Source of the DNA: Octopus sinensis
Lineage: Eukaryota
NCBI RefSeq assembly: GCF_006345805.1
Contig: NW_021834531.1
Location: forward strand, 1 to 47,752
Length of the DNA: 47,752 nucleotides
Direction of reading: 5' to 3'
The first letter of the stretch is position 1, and the number at the start of each line of letters is the position of its first letter. Made by a program: the position numbers and the translations under genes. This document shows positions 36,385 to 47,752 of the stretch, piece after piece. The notes beneath the pieces were generated by a model. That model worked only from the letters and a program-made list of their open reading frames with translations, searched no databases and was not told the DNA's origin.

Positions 36385-36860
36385 ATCAAGGCAGCGAGCT
36401 GGCAGAATCGTTACCGCGCCGGGCAAAATACTCAACAGCATTTCGTCCGTCTATACATTCTGAGTTCAAATTCTACCGGGGTCGATTTTGCTTTTCATTC
36501 TTTCAGAGTCGATAAAATCAGTACCAGTTGAACACTAGGGTCAATGTAATCGACTAACCCCATCCTCGAAATTGCTGGCCTTGTGCGAAAATTAGAAATC
36601 AATATCATAGGCGGCGAGTTGGAAGAATCGTTTAATGGAAGACGACGAGCTGGCAGAATCGTTACCGCATCGGAAAAAATGCTTAGCGGCATTCCTTCCG
36701 AATTTACGTTGTGCGTTCCAATTCCCCCGAGGTCCACTCTGCCTTTTACCTTCTTGGGGCCTTTAGAATAAATACCAGTTGAACACTGGGGTCGATAAAT
36801 TTGACTAATTCCCTCCCCAGAAATTTCTGGCCTTGTTCTTATATTTGAGATCAGTATCAT
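36385..36860 (+). mobile_element. Two adjacent divergent SINE family B copies (tail type 1)
   Basis: ggcagcgagctggcagaatcgttacc heads near 36390 and 36610-36645; tails aaattgctggccttgtg and aaatttctggccttgtt. Confidence 0.8.
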
Positions 36861-37119
36861 AGGCCCATGATAACTGGTGGTAATTGGCCTATTTACTCCC
36901 TACCAGTTCTATCCCGAAAACAAATCGATAAAAGGATATAATAATAATAATTTCTGGACACTAGCGGGGCCGTTTTAGCAGCATTATAAGGCCCCAGTGC
37001 AAATCAGTGCACTAGGTCCTTTAGTATTTATTTATGCCGCAGCATAAATAGAATAGAATTGGACCTCTAAATCTGTGGGGCCTCTTGGCAACTACCCAGT
37101 GTGACCATGCTAGAAGACG

Positions 37120-37250
37120 ACACTGTCCCAGAGGGATGGAAGACCAAGTTGACTTCTGCGGGATTCGAAGTCAGAACGTAACGAGTTAGATCACATGTCG
37201 CGAGGTATTTTTTCCGATGCTCTAACACGATTCTGCCAGCCCACTGCCAA
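37120..37250 (-). mobile_element. SINE family B 5' fragment
   Basis: gttgacttctgcgggattcgaagtcagaacgtaa...gattctgccagccc. Confidence 0.65.
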
Positions 37251-37522
37251 ATTACCTGATCAATAACTTAAGAGCTTGCCTGCGGGGTGGCCTACTTATA
37301 CTAATTGTCTTCATTCTTAATTATATAACCTTTACTGAACGAATGGTAAAATTGATCATGAAGGAATTAATAGAATCCTGTTAATAAGATATCACTAATC
37401 TCTTAATTGAACTTGTTCAGTTAAAGTTAAATCAAAAATAGATAGAGCATGTAAAGGGTTTTGCGGGAAACAACAAATTTCTTGGTTCCTTGAGGCATAC
37501 AAATTTGCGAAATTCACCAATA

Positions 37523-37925
37523 GGCGCAGGAGTGGCTGTGTGGTAAGTAGCTTGCTAACCAGCCACATGGTTCCGGGTTCAGTCCCACTGCGTGGCATCT
37601 TGGGCAAGTGTCTTCTGCTATAGCCCCGGGCCGACCAATGCCTTGTGAGTGGATTTGGTAGACGGAAACTGAAAGAAGCCTGTCGTATATATGTATATAT
37701 ATATGTATGTGTGTGTGTTTGTGTGTCTGTGTTTGTTCCCCTAGCATTGCTTGACAACCGATGCAGGTGTGTTTACGTCCCCGTCACTTAGCGGTTCGGC
37801 AAAAAGAGACCGATAGAATAAGTACTGGGTTTACAAAAAGAATAAGTCCCGGGGTCGAGTTGCTCGACTAAAGGTGGTGCTCCAGCATGGCCGCAGTCAA
37901 ATGACTGAAACAAGTAAAGAGTAAA
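37523..37925 (+). mobile_element. SINE family A, full length
   Basis: tRNA-like head ggcgcaggagtggctgtgtggtaag...gggttcagtccc, internal (TA)/(GT) tract, tail atgactgaaacaagtaaaga. Confidence 0.9.
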
Positions 37926-38100
37926 TAGGTGACTCAAAGAATTGAGATGCACAGCCTTCTTGATTTAGCATTTGTTGTTGCTCTTGTCGTTCTTACAGTT
38001 GTCGTCGTTGTTGTTGTTATTGTTTAGTCACAAGTTATCTTTAATCGAGCAGGCATGTGATCAAATATGTTTCAACTGTGATCATCTCGTTTTGGGGGTC

Positions 38101-38472
38101 TTTTTGGTTTTTTTGGTGGGATGGTTATGTACCCAGGATTACATCGTTGTATTCTATTTTAAGACAGCTGGGTGTGATTTGAGAGATGTTTCGTTGCTAT
38201 ATATCGCAGGTTCGTCCTTGGATACTGTAGTCACAGAGCATCACAAATTAGACATCGAAAGAGCCAACGAGAGATCCTCTACGAAGTAATCGACCTACTA
38301 AAAGCAACAACCAAATATCCCTCAAGTTATTTTACAGGCTTAGAAAAAATGAAGTACCCAAGAATACGTTGTACTGTAGATTTGTTTCCTAACTAGAATA
38401 CGCTTCGCTGAGGAGGCTTAATGAAACTGAAACATAGCCATTACTTCCACCAGATAGCTTTAAAAATTTGAT
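38101..38472 (+). repeat. Source arm of a ~372-bp inverted duplication (partner 40362-40736)
   Basis: By eye, 4 substitutions plus 1 small indel between arms. Confidence 0.95.
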
Positions 38473-38721
38473 CCATCTCTATCTGCATTGTCTATTTAGT
38501 CCCTAAGCGTTGAACCAACTGGTTTTGTAGGGGTTATCCCCCTGCTTATCGTTGTTCAGATTTTAAATAATCCTAGAGGGTCTTTTCGTACTAATTGGAT
38601 AATCTCGGTTGATCAAAGTTTCCAACTCTCTGTGTTGCGAATGTGTCACCTGGCCATATTTGTTCAGTAAGGGTCGACTTGGGGCCAAACAACAACAGAT
38701 TGACAATGAATTAGTATAAGT

Positions 38722-38975
38722 GGAAGCGCGTGACTTAGTGGTTAGGGTGTCAGTATCATGATCGTAAGATTGTGGTTTCGATTCCGGGACCGGGCGACGC
38801 GTTCTGTTCTTGAGCAAAACATTTCCTTTCACGTTGCTCCAGTCCACTCAGCTATCAAAAATGAGTAACGCTGCGATGGACTGGCGTCCCGTCCAGATGG
38901 GGAACACATACGCCATAGAAACCGGGAAACCGGGCCCATGAGCCTGGCTAGGCTTTAAAAGGGCGCATTTTTTTT
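38722..38975 (+). mobile_element. SINE family C, full length
   Basis: Homologous to 26604-26868. Confidence 0.9.
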
Positions 38976-39414
38976 GAAAGACCTGATAAAGGACAACAAG
39001 AATGAGTACGACTTGGTAACATATTCCATGCTTTTGCTCATTGTTTTTGGTGTCTTTGTAGTAAAGAGCAGATATGGGTACCTTCCGAGCCCTCTAGCTT
39101 CCTACCTCCTTAACGAAGCGGATCAGTCAAGTTGCGGCACCTGGAAGGAAAGGGGGGAAACGCCAATTGTAGGTGGATACTCATTACAGCTGAATAGATA
39201 GGAGCAAAGTGAAATAAGAGCTTTGCCGGTCCAGGAATTAGACCTGTGACTTTGTGATCATGAGCCGCACACACTAACCAGTAAGCTATGTGCCTTCACT
39301 CAAAACTCTTTATGCGTTTATGAAATAATGTTTAATTTTTTTAAAACAATATTAATAACATCAATGTTTAACAAAATTTTTTTTATTGTTGATTATTATA
39401 TATTATTATTTTAT

Positions 39415-39548
39415 TCCGCCGAGGCCAACTTTGCTTTCATACTTTCGTGGTCGATGAAATAAGTACCAGTTGACTACTGGGGTCGATGTAATCGACTAGC
39501 CCTCGCCCCCAAATTTCAGGCCTTGTGCTTATAGTAGAAAGGATTATT
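39415..39548 (+). mobile_element. SINE family B, 5'-truncated (tail type 1)
   Basis: ttccgccgaggccaactttg...ccaaatttcaggccttgtgcttatagtagaaaggattatt. Confidence 0.8.
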
Positions 39549-39590
39549 ATCATACTATTGTATTCTTGAGTTAATTAAATAATTATTTCG

Positions 39591-40347
39591 GGCGGCGAGC
39601 TGGCAGAATCGTTAGCACGCCGGGCGAAATGCTTAGCGGTATTTCGTCTGCCGCTACGTTCTGAGTTCAAATTCCGCCGAGGTCAACTTTGCCTTTCATC
39701 CTTTCGGGGTCGATTAAATAAGTACCAGTTACACACTGGGGGTCGATATAATCGACTTAATCCATCAGACTGTCCTTGTTTGTCCTCTCTGTGTGTAGCC
39801 CCTTGTGGGTAGTAAAGAAATAGGTATTTCGTCTGCCGTTACGTTCTGAGTTCAAATTCCGCCGAGGTCGACTTTGCCTTTCATCCTTTCGGGGTCGATT
39901 AAATAAGTACCTGAGGTCGATGTAATCGACTTAATCCCTTTGTCTATCCTTGTTTGTCCCCTCTGTGTGTAGCCCGTTGTGGGCAGTAAAGAAATAGGTA
40001 TTTCGTCTGTCTTTACGTTCTGAGTTCAAATTCTGCTGAGGTCGACTTTACATTTCGTCCTTTCGGGGTCGATTAAACAAGTACCAGTTACGCACTGGGG
40101 TCGATATAATCGACTTAATCTGTTTGTCTGTCCTTGTTTGTCCTCTCTGTGTTTAGTCCCTTGTGGGTAGTAAAGAAATAGAAATAGGTATTTCGTCTGC
40201 CACTACGTTCTGAGCTCAAATTCCGCCGAGGTCGACTTTGCCTTTCATCCTTTCGGGGTCGATTAAATAAGTACCAGTTACGCACTGGGGTCGATGTAAT
40301 CGACTTAATTAATCTCTTTGTCTGTCCTTGTTTGTCCTCTCTATGTG
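39591..40347 (+). mobile_element. SINE family B tandem multimer: one head + four ~185-bp units
   Basis: Units start ggtatttcgtc at 39638, 39823, 39997 and 40187. The last tail is interrupted at ~40347 and resumes at ~40738. Confidence 0.9.
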
Positions 40348-40361
40348 ATCAAATACGTTTC

Positions 40362-40736
40362 ATCAAATTTTTAAAGCTATCTGGTGGAAGTAATGGCTAT
40401 GTTTCAGTTTCATTAAGCCTCCTCAGCGAAGCGTATTCTAGTTAGGAAACAAATCTACAGTACAACGTATTCTTGGGTACGTCATTTTTTCTAAGCCTGT
40501 AAAATAACTTGAGGGATATTTGGTTGTTGCTTTTAGTAGGTCGATTACTTCGTAGAGGATCTCTCGTTGGCTCTTTCGATGTCTAATTTGTGATGCTCTG
40601 TGACTACAGTATCCAAGGACGAACCTGCAATATATAGCAACGAAACATCTCTCAAATCACATCCAGCTGTCTTAAAATAGAATACAACGATGTAATCCCG
40701 GGTACATAACCATCCCACCAAAAAAACCCAAAAAAA
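40362..40736 (-). repeat. Inverted copy of 38101-38472 inserted in a SINE tail
   Basis: Reverse-complement match; flanked by the two halves of the family B tail (ctctctatgt ... cccttgtgggcaataaa). Confidence 0.95.
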
Positions 40737-41371
40737 TCCCTTGTGGGCAATAAAAAAATAACTAAATAATTACTAGTAGAAACAGTAACCAAATCTACTT
40801 CAAATCACACGTTCCTGCTTCAGAAAAGAAAAGACCTATTGAATAGCACAATCCAAGATACAAACAGCTAGCCAAAAGGAAAAAAGTAAAATAAGATTTT
40901 AAAATGGGATGGCAGCACATTGAACAGTTTTTCATCACAGGTCTGCTTAAATAGAACAACTACAACAACAAACACAACCAGCAAAATTAATGATATTAAC
41001 TACAACCGTAATTATATTTACTAACACAGCAACAAGAGCAGCCAGCGACAACAGCAATCGATATTATTACCATCAATAGAATTAAGGTCTGGTTGAGATA
41101 TTTCCGCATCCCTCCCACACCGACACACACAATACACACATACATACGCACTGCTCCTCTCTTTTTTCTCTCAGACACACTCCCTGTCTCTCTTGCTTCC
41201 ACTTAATCCCCTCTTACTCTTTATATCTTTAACTCTCTTCCTGTTTATTTGTCTCCCTCACTTTTCTCACTTTTCTCGTTCCCTTTCTCCCACCATCTCT
41301 CACTCCTTGCCTTTTGTTCATATATCTCTCTACCACCCACATCTAACATCTCCATCCTCGCTTTCTCACTT

Positions 41372-41445
<74 letters not shown>

Positions 41446-41999
41446 ATCTCTCTCTATGTCTATCTGTCTGTCTTACTCTCACTCACTCTCCATCTCTCCT
41501 TCGCCAAATGCTTGGATGTGGATTTGGATTTAGAAAAAGACCTTTTTCTTTTATATTTTTTCCTCCAGCCATATTTCTTCCAATAACATTCTAATGAAAA
41601 CTGTTGATAAACACTTACAAAATATTGACATTACAAGCAAAACACTCTCCGGACAGAACCCCAATAGAAGTGGTTTCATAAATTCTGATTTTTTTTTTAT
41701 GATTGCAAAACATAAAGTGGTAGAACAACTTTATACCATTTATTTGTCTGGCACTACAACGGGTTTTGTTTAATACAGACCCACCTTAAAAGAAAAAGAG
41801 GTGGCTGTTCACAGAATTTACAAGATTAAAGAATTAAAACAAATGTGTCGGTCAATATATCGTTTCTCTAGTCCATATTTCTCTGAAGCCAAAACTTTCT
41901 ACACCTTTTAATTTTTTTTTCTGGGGCCCTCCTAGGACTCATAAGACTGGTAACCCAGTTTCCATAGCTTATAAATGACCGAGATCCCAACATTTCCCC

Positions 42000-42190
42000 T
42001 GAATGGGGCGCCAATCCGTTGCAGTGTTTAAGGCCAGCAATTTTGACGTGAGGAGCAAATCGACTACATTGAACAGTGTTTTATTTTATCAACCCTGAAG
42101 GGATGAAAAGTAATGTAAGCTTCGGTGGAATTTGAACTCAGAACGTAAAGAGCAGGAAGAAATACCGTAAAATATTTTGCCCAACGATTC
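42000..42190 (-). mobile_element. Older SINE family B-like copy
   Basis: aatcgactacattg...gaagggatgaaaag...ggaatttgaactcagaacgtaaag. Confidence 0.65.
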
Positions 42191-42191
42191 T

Positions 42192-42943
42192 TATTTCTTT
42201 ATTGCCCACAAGGGGCTAAACATAGAGGGGGAAAACAAGGACATACAAAGGGATTAAGTCGATTACATCGACCCCAGTGCGTAACTGGTACTTAATTTAT
42301 CGACCCCGAAAGGATGAAAGGCAAAGTCGACCTCGGCGGAATTTGAACTCAGAACGTAACGGCAGACAAAATACCTATTTCTTTACTACCCACAAGGGGC
42401 TAAACAGAGAGGACAAACAAGGACAGACAAACGGATTAAGTCGATTATATCGACCCCAGTGCGTAACTGTTACTTAATTTATCGACCCCCGAAAGGATGA
42501 AAGGCAAAGTCGACCTCGGCAGAAATTGAACTCAGAACGTAGTGGCAGACGAAATACCTATTTCTTTACTACCCACAAGGGGCTACACACAGAGGAGACA
42601 AACAAGGACAGACAATGGTATTAAGTTGATTACATCGACCCCAGTGCGTAACTGGTACTTAATTTATCGACCCTCGAGAGGATGAAAGGCAAAGTCGACC
42701 TCGGCAGAAATTGAACTCAGAACGTAGTGGCAGACGAAATACCTATTTCTTTACTACCCACAAGGGGCTACACACAGAGGAGACAAACAAGGACAGACAT
42801 AGGTATTAAGTCGATTACATCGACCCCAGTGCGTAACTGGTACTTAATTTATCGACCCCGAAAGGATGAAAGGCAAAGTCGACCTCGGCGGAATTTGAAC
42901 TCAGAACGTAACGGCGTGCTAACGATTCTGCCAGCTCACCGCC
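42192..42943 (-). mobile_element. SINE family B tandem multimer: one head + four ~184-bp units
   Basis: tatttcttt unit ends at 42192, 42376, 42559 and 42744 (periods 184/183/185); head aggcggtgagctggcagaatcgttagcacgcc at the right end. Confidence 0.92.
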
Positions 42944-43033
42944 TTATACCGTTTATATTCATAGCTTATAGTTCCACCATCATAGTTGTATCATCGTAAT
43001 TCTTTGTAGCTTACAGTTTGTATTTATAGCTTA

Positions 43034-43413
43034 CTAGCAGTATCGCCCGGCGTTGCTCAGGTTTGTAAGGGAAATAACTATAAAGCATTTTTAGAGAGTT
43101 ATAGCCAAAAAATAGCAAAAAAATGGAAAAAAAATTATGGTAAATTTTTTGAGAGTTAAAAAAGGTGGAGTTGCGTCCCTAGACGGTCTGTGGTTGGGTT
43201 TCTGATTCTCGACCCCATGTCGAATTTATCGATTTTTCTCAGAACTGGGGGAACTTTTCAAAATTTTCGCTGCGTTAGTTTTGAATTATGACATTGGGCT
43301 ATGTGTGTGTCAAGTTTCATCAGAATCGGTTGAAAGCCGTGGTCAGAGTGAGGGTACGAGAAAACAGACACACAGAAAACGCACAGACAAACTGCCGTTT
43401 ATATAGAGAGAGA
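43034..43413 (-). mobile_element. Non-autonomous Helitron family D, complete (380 bp)
   Basis: 5' TC, 3' hairpin + CTAG, inserted between A and T with no TSD. Confidence 0.88.
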
Positions 43414-43439
43414 TAGTTCCATCTTTATAGTTAATTTCA

Positions 43440-44290
43440 AATAGTCTTTCATTCCAACAATGGTCCGTCTGTTTATTACATTTAGTCGAGAGGTGCTACG
43501 AACACGTAGGCTTGAGGTAATTTACTGGCGAAGTGAGTTCACAGCTGCATCTCCATTTCAGGTTGTAATCATTTCACTTCTTTTTCATCACTAAGTCTCT
43601 TGAGAAAAGCATGGATGCTGTGTATTCTCATTTGTTTTCGTCAATAAATATGGAAAAGTGTGCTTCCTTAAGAGATCAGTCAGTGAGGGGAAGGAATGGA
43701 AGGTTCCATGACATTTTCTACTTCTTTCTTAAACGAAGAAATTATTGATTCTTAGACGATGTTTGGGTTGTTAATGGTTTAGCATGAATTACTGCAAATT
43801 TCTGGAGGGTGCGACTGTACGGCGATAACTTGTCCATGAACTGAGCCAGTGGTACATTTTCTATTCACTTTAATGGTGCAGTTAATTTTATTGATGAAAA
43901 CTTAAATTTTACACCTAACCGCTGCCTCTTCTCTAGATCTTACATGTCATTTCCATTATAAAAGCTATAGGAGACAAAGGACTTCTGAAAATGTTTCCAC
44001 CGGGACAATAACCATCTTTCTTAATATTATACATTCTTTTTAATTATGTTTTTCCTCCCCGCAAAGTCACTACCCGTTGATTAGACGTCACCCACATAAA
44101 CAAAATTTATGCGGATGAATATTTTACTTCATCATATTCTCCATTCTCATAGTACATTTTAAACAGCTATTGTTATCTCACGCAATATTTTCTATAGAAT
44201 ATCATAAACTACCTCCTGCAGTCTAATAACTTCCATTATTTTGCATAACATTCCTTCGTTTAAAGACGATAGATGCTTGGTTGTTTTGTT
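43440..44290 (-). pseudogene. Possible heavily decayed DNA-transposase ORF (FLYWCH/MULE-like)
   Basis: Manual minus-strand translation gives protein-like pieces (FINKINCTIKVNRKCTTGSVHGQVIAVQSHPPE; RIHSIHAFLKRLSDEKEVK) broken by many stops. Weak resemblance only. Confidence 0.25.
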
Positions 44291-44519
44291 TGCTTTCTAA
44301 TTTGTATAATTCATTTTATTGATTTTTAATGTGCGTTGCAAAACAAATTCCAAGACACAAAAAAAAATCAATTTCAATGCGTTATTGCATTATGTGTAAA
44401 CAATTAAAGCATATTGCAACTAAAGCATATTAAAAGGTTTCGTATCAAACAATCTGACAAAACACTGAGTACACGTAATTCGATTTTTTCTTTCATATAA
44501 TAATGCTAATGAGTTCCAA

Positions 44520-44720
44520 AGTTTGGCACGAGGCCAGCAATTTCGGAGGAGGGAGAAGACATTTAAATCGACCCCAGTGCTCAACTAGTATCTTTTTTTT
44601 ATATCGCTGAAAGGATGAAAGACAAAGTCGACTTCGGCAGAATTTGTACTCAGAACGTAAAGACGAGGGAAATGCCGCAAAGCATTTCTTTCCAGGAGTG
44701 CTAACAATTCTGTCAGCTAT
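44520..44720 (-). mobile_element. SINE family B, divergent (tail type 1)
   Basis: gcacgaggccagcaatttcgg...aaaggatgaaagacaaagtcgacttcggcagaatttgtactcagaacgtaaag. Confidence 0.75.
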
Positions 44721-45134
44721 TTCTAAATTTGGAAGAAATGTAGGTTAAGACAAGTCAAACTGTAGAAATTTTGATTAGTAATAGTTCAAAAAATAAAACA
44801 GAACTATATCAACATAGTGAAATCTTTGACTGAAACAGAGACTTCTACATCTTCAACGTAGCACTCTCTTAAATAGATCATTTCTATCTGCGAACGTCTT
44901 CATGATTTGTAGTGCCGCATTTGATGGCATGAAAGACGCACGCACATGTTAAATGTGCCCCGACTTCAGCAACGCCAATTCAGAAAAAAAGAAGTTTTTA
45001 GTGTATTAAAACAACTTCAAGTATAGGACCCGGTGTGATTTTTGGATCATCTTTTTGCCATTAAATATGGTAATTTACGGTCATTAACATGAGGGTATTT
45101 TAATAATGTATACAAAACGAAATGCCTTTAATAA

Positions 45135-45285
45135 TGGTTCCAAATTTTTAGCACAAGGCTAAAAGCGTTGGGTATTAATCAATTATATCAATCACAGTAT
45201 TTGACTGGTATTATTTCTATTGACCCCGAAAAGATGAAAGGCAATGCTGACCTAGGTGTAATTTGAATTCTGAACGTGAAGGACA
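45135..45285 (-). mobile_element. SINE family B, decayed
   Basis: gaccccgaaaagatgaaaggcaatgctgacct...atttgaattctgaacgtgaag. Confidence 0.6.
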
Positions 45286-45308
45286 CTAATTCTATATCTA
45301 TCTATCTA

Positions 45309-45343
<35 letters not shown>

Positions 45344-45766
45344 TAATAAAAAGGGTTCGGCAAAAGGATTGCGTCGCCGCATACCGAAGTTCAGAAATAG
45401 CAGCCAAAATCTTAGCCATTTCTTCTACTTTAAAAAGGGTCTTCCAGAGAACTCAAAATACTTGAAGTTTAAACACACAGGCAGAGGGTAAAGCAAACGA
45501 AAATCAATCGATATCTGATCATCCATAGACGCGCGTTTCTGAATTATGTCTTACGTAAAGAATATAAAAACATATATATACTTTACCAACCGTATTCTTC
45601 ATCAGTATGGATACTCTGTTATAATCTGGAGTACTAAAATTTACCGTGTTAGCGGTCCTGTTTTCATACCGAATCCTACTTGGTGAAATTTATTGATTAC
45701 TTCTTAATTAATTAATTTCACCCTTTGTTATTATTGTTATTATATATATATATAATATAATATATA

Positions 45767-45809
<43 letters not shown>

Positions 45810-45812
<3 letters not shown>

Positions 45813-45985
45813 AGGGAGAGTTTACGAAAAAAACAAAAGACGAAGACAGGTGGTGTACAAAACAAACAAATGTATTAGTATAACGCTCAGGAATAGAAAA
45901 AGTCTTTTACGTTTCGAGCCTACGCTCTTCTACAGAAAGGGACACAGAAAAAAACAAGGAGAGAAAAAAATGTGTGTAGTGGCTA
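45810..45985 (-). mobile_element. Probable Penelope-like terminal-repeat fragment
   Basis: Contains a minimal hammerhead-like fold. A related fragment (cgaaacgtaaaaggc...gagcgttaaactaatacac) occurs at ~14063-14140 (+). Confidence 0.5.
45904..45939 (-). ncRNA. Minimal type I hammerhead-like motif (CUGUAGA-A core variant)
   Basis: CUUU-CUGUAGA-A-GAGC GUAG GCUC-GAAA-CG-UA-AAAG: stem I CUUU/AAAG, stem II GAGC/GCUC, palindromic ACGU stem III, GUA triplet. Confidence 0.45.
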
Positions 45986-47189
45986 ACGATATATCATGGC
46001 GACTGAATAATTGAAATATAAAAGTTTTATTGCATATTTATACAATTTTACACATTCCTTTTGCTTATGTTAGATCTTTCTGAAATGTATAAATTTATAT
46101 TCTGTAGATTTTACAATGCTTTTCTTAATATCAAATACTTTTACCATTAGATATGTCAGGGTTTAACAAACACACAGCAATTCAGTTGTGGCTCAACCGG
46201 CTGATAACAGCAGCAAAAAACTCACAACTATAACAGATCGAGAGACTGCATAGCGGCTCCGCTGATGATAGCTGACATAGAGACACACAGCAACGACAAC
46301 AACAACAGCAATGAGTACTAACAACAACAACCCGCTACTACATTGAGACACGTAAACTTTTTTTTTCAGATTATCGAATCAAATTTCTTGACTTTACTGA
46401 TCAAAGTGTCAATCATGATAATCGATCCCTTTCAGTTACTGATGAAACCTCTGGGATCCAATTGTTTACCTTGCCGTACTCTCGACTAATGTTGAACTGA
46501 GTATTACAAACCAACCTATACAGGCCAGTTTTAAATATTGCCACAGCTGACAACGGTTAACAATTCCATCCTGTAAAATAGAAGTTCCCAAACTTTTTCA
46601 GGCTGCGCCCTACCCCCACCTCGCACCCTGGACATATTCCTTAGTGCCCTCCTCAAATATAGGCCACTTTCTGCAGCAAATTCAAAACAACTGTGTTTCA
46701 CAAAAAGAGCTTAAACCAAATTAATGTATTAATATTTTTATTTTACATCTACCACCCCATTATGGTCACCCCCATTATCATCCCACTTTTCTTACACGGC
46801 TCTAGGTCAATCTTAGTCAAGAAGACATATAGTCAAAAGCACTCCAACCGTGGCCCACTCGTCTTATTTTTAGAACTACATTATTAAGTACGTCTTTTTA
46901 TTTCCGAATGTTATGGGGTTGGAATCTGAGACAAATTTCATTTCTTTTGCTAGTAAGGCTAGTGATCGCGTACATGCTTCATCCGTTGGTTCCTAAGTTT
47001 AGCCAGATAATATGTGGACCTATGGATGGATGGTATAGGAGTTCGCTTTGCAGTTATAAGATTCCAAGTAACTTGGGAAAATTTTCCTTGGAAAAATGAT
47101 GCTTTTTTCTAATTGTAATATGAGCAATCGCGTTTTTGTAACTCAATCTACTTGAAAATTGTATTAGAATACAACTGTATGTACCCTAT

Positions 47190-47215
47190 GCACATACACA
47201 TACATATACACAATT

Positions 47216-47253
<38 letters not shown>

Positions 47254-47330
47254 TATGTATGTTTATATATGTATATATGTGTATATATATGTGTGTATGT
47301 ATAATATATGTATATATATATATATATAGG
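47190..47330. repeat. (CA)n/(TA)n microsatellite
   Basis: Read directly from the sequence. Confidence 0.9.
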
Positions 47331-47752
47331 TAAACAGTAAAAATAATTACAGACATGGACAAGAACATGAAACACCACAGAGACGACACAAGAGCCACAG
47401 GACGGGACATTCGAAGCCCTCAGTCATCAGTCAAGAACCAGATCATCTAGCAATTTCGGCTGATTAATCTTGAGATTGCTCCGATATGGGCAGCCCGCCA
47501 AGGGAAATCTAAGCCAAGCGCATTAGATCCCATGGAAGAAAGCTTCGAATGTATACAACACGAGGACGGAAAACGAACGAAGTACACGAACAAAAATACA
47601 GAATACGTGACACCAATAAGAATACAAAAACGTAAAAACAATAACGGTTAAAAAATAAAAAACAAAACAAAACCAGGACGTAGGACAAGGGTCTTTCGAC
47701 AGGACGAGTTGGTATGGGGCTGGCTTGTGAAGTTGGCCTAATGGCCGCAGGG

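Noticed and set aside
39638-40347. Regular repeats superficially like a CRISPR array (also 42192-42943)
   Set aside because: The whole ~185-bp unit repeats with no unique spacers; eukaryotic SINE sequence and no cas genes.
47395-47440. Minus-strand CUGAUGA...GAAUGUC hammerhead-like string; lone CUGANGA hits also near 3880, 45580 and 46440
   Set aside because: No GAAA with compatible stems I-III can be drawn.

Overview
AT-rich, repeat-saturated eukaryotic DNA. Inference: a cephalopod, very probably Octopus, judged from the tRNA-derived SINE families and the extreme (TA)/(CA)/(TACA)/(CAT) microsatellite load. I can support no intact host protein-coding exon, and most ORF-track entries are microsatellite or SINE read-through. 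Recognisable content: (1) dozens of copies of three tRNA-derived SINE families, one of which forms head + ~185-bp tandem multimers; (2) at least 6 non-autonomous or deleted Helitrons, one carrying a PIF1-helicase pseudogene at 30949-31873 (-); (3) the 3' end of an R4/Dong-like non-LTR element embedded in a ~2-kb (TATG)n array; (4) Penelope-type terminal-repeat remnants with minimal hammerhead-ribozyme folds that have non-canonical cores, two of them in a ~168-bp palindrome; (5) an 81-bp 18S rRNA fragment; (6) several local inverted or tandem duplications with template-switch-like junctions; (7) a candidate TATA/Inr promoter and first exon on the minus strand near 3.0-3.5 kb, pointing out of the left edge of the window. 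All alignments and folds were done by eye, and element boundaries are approximate.
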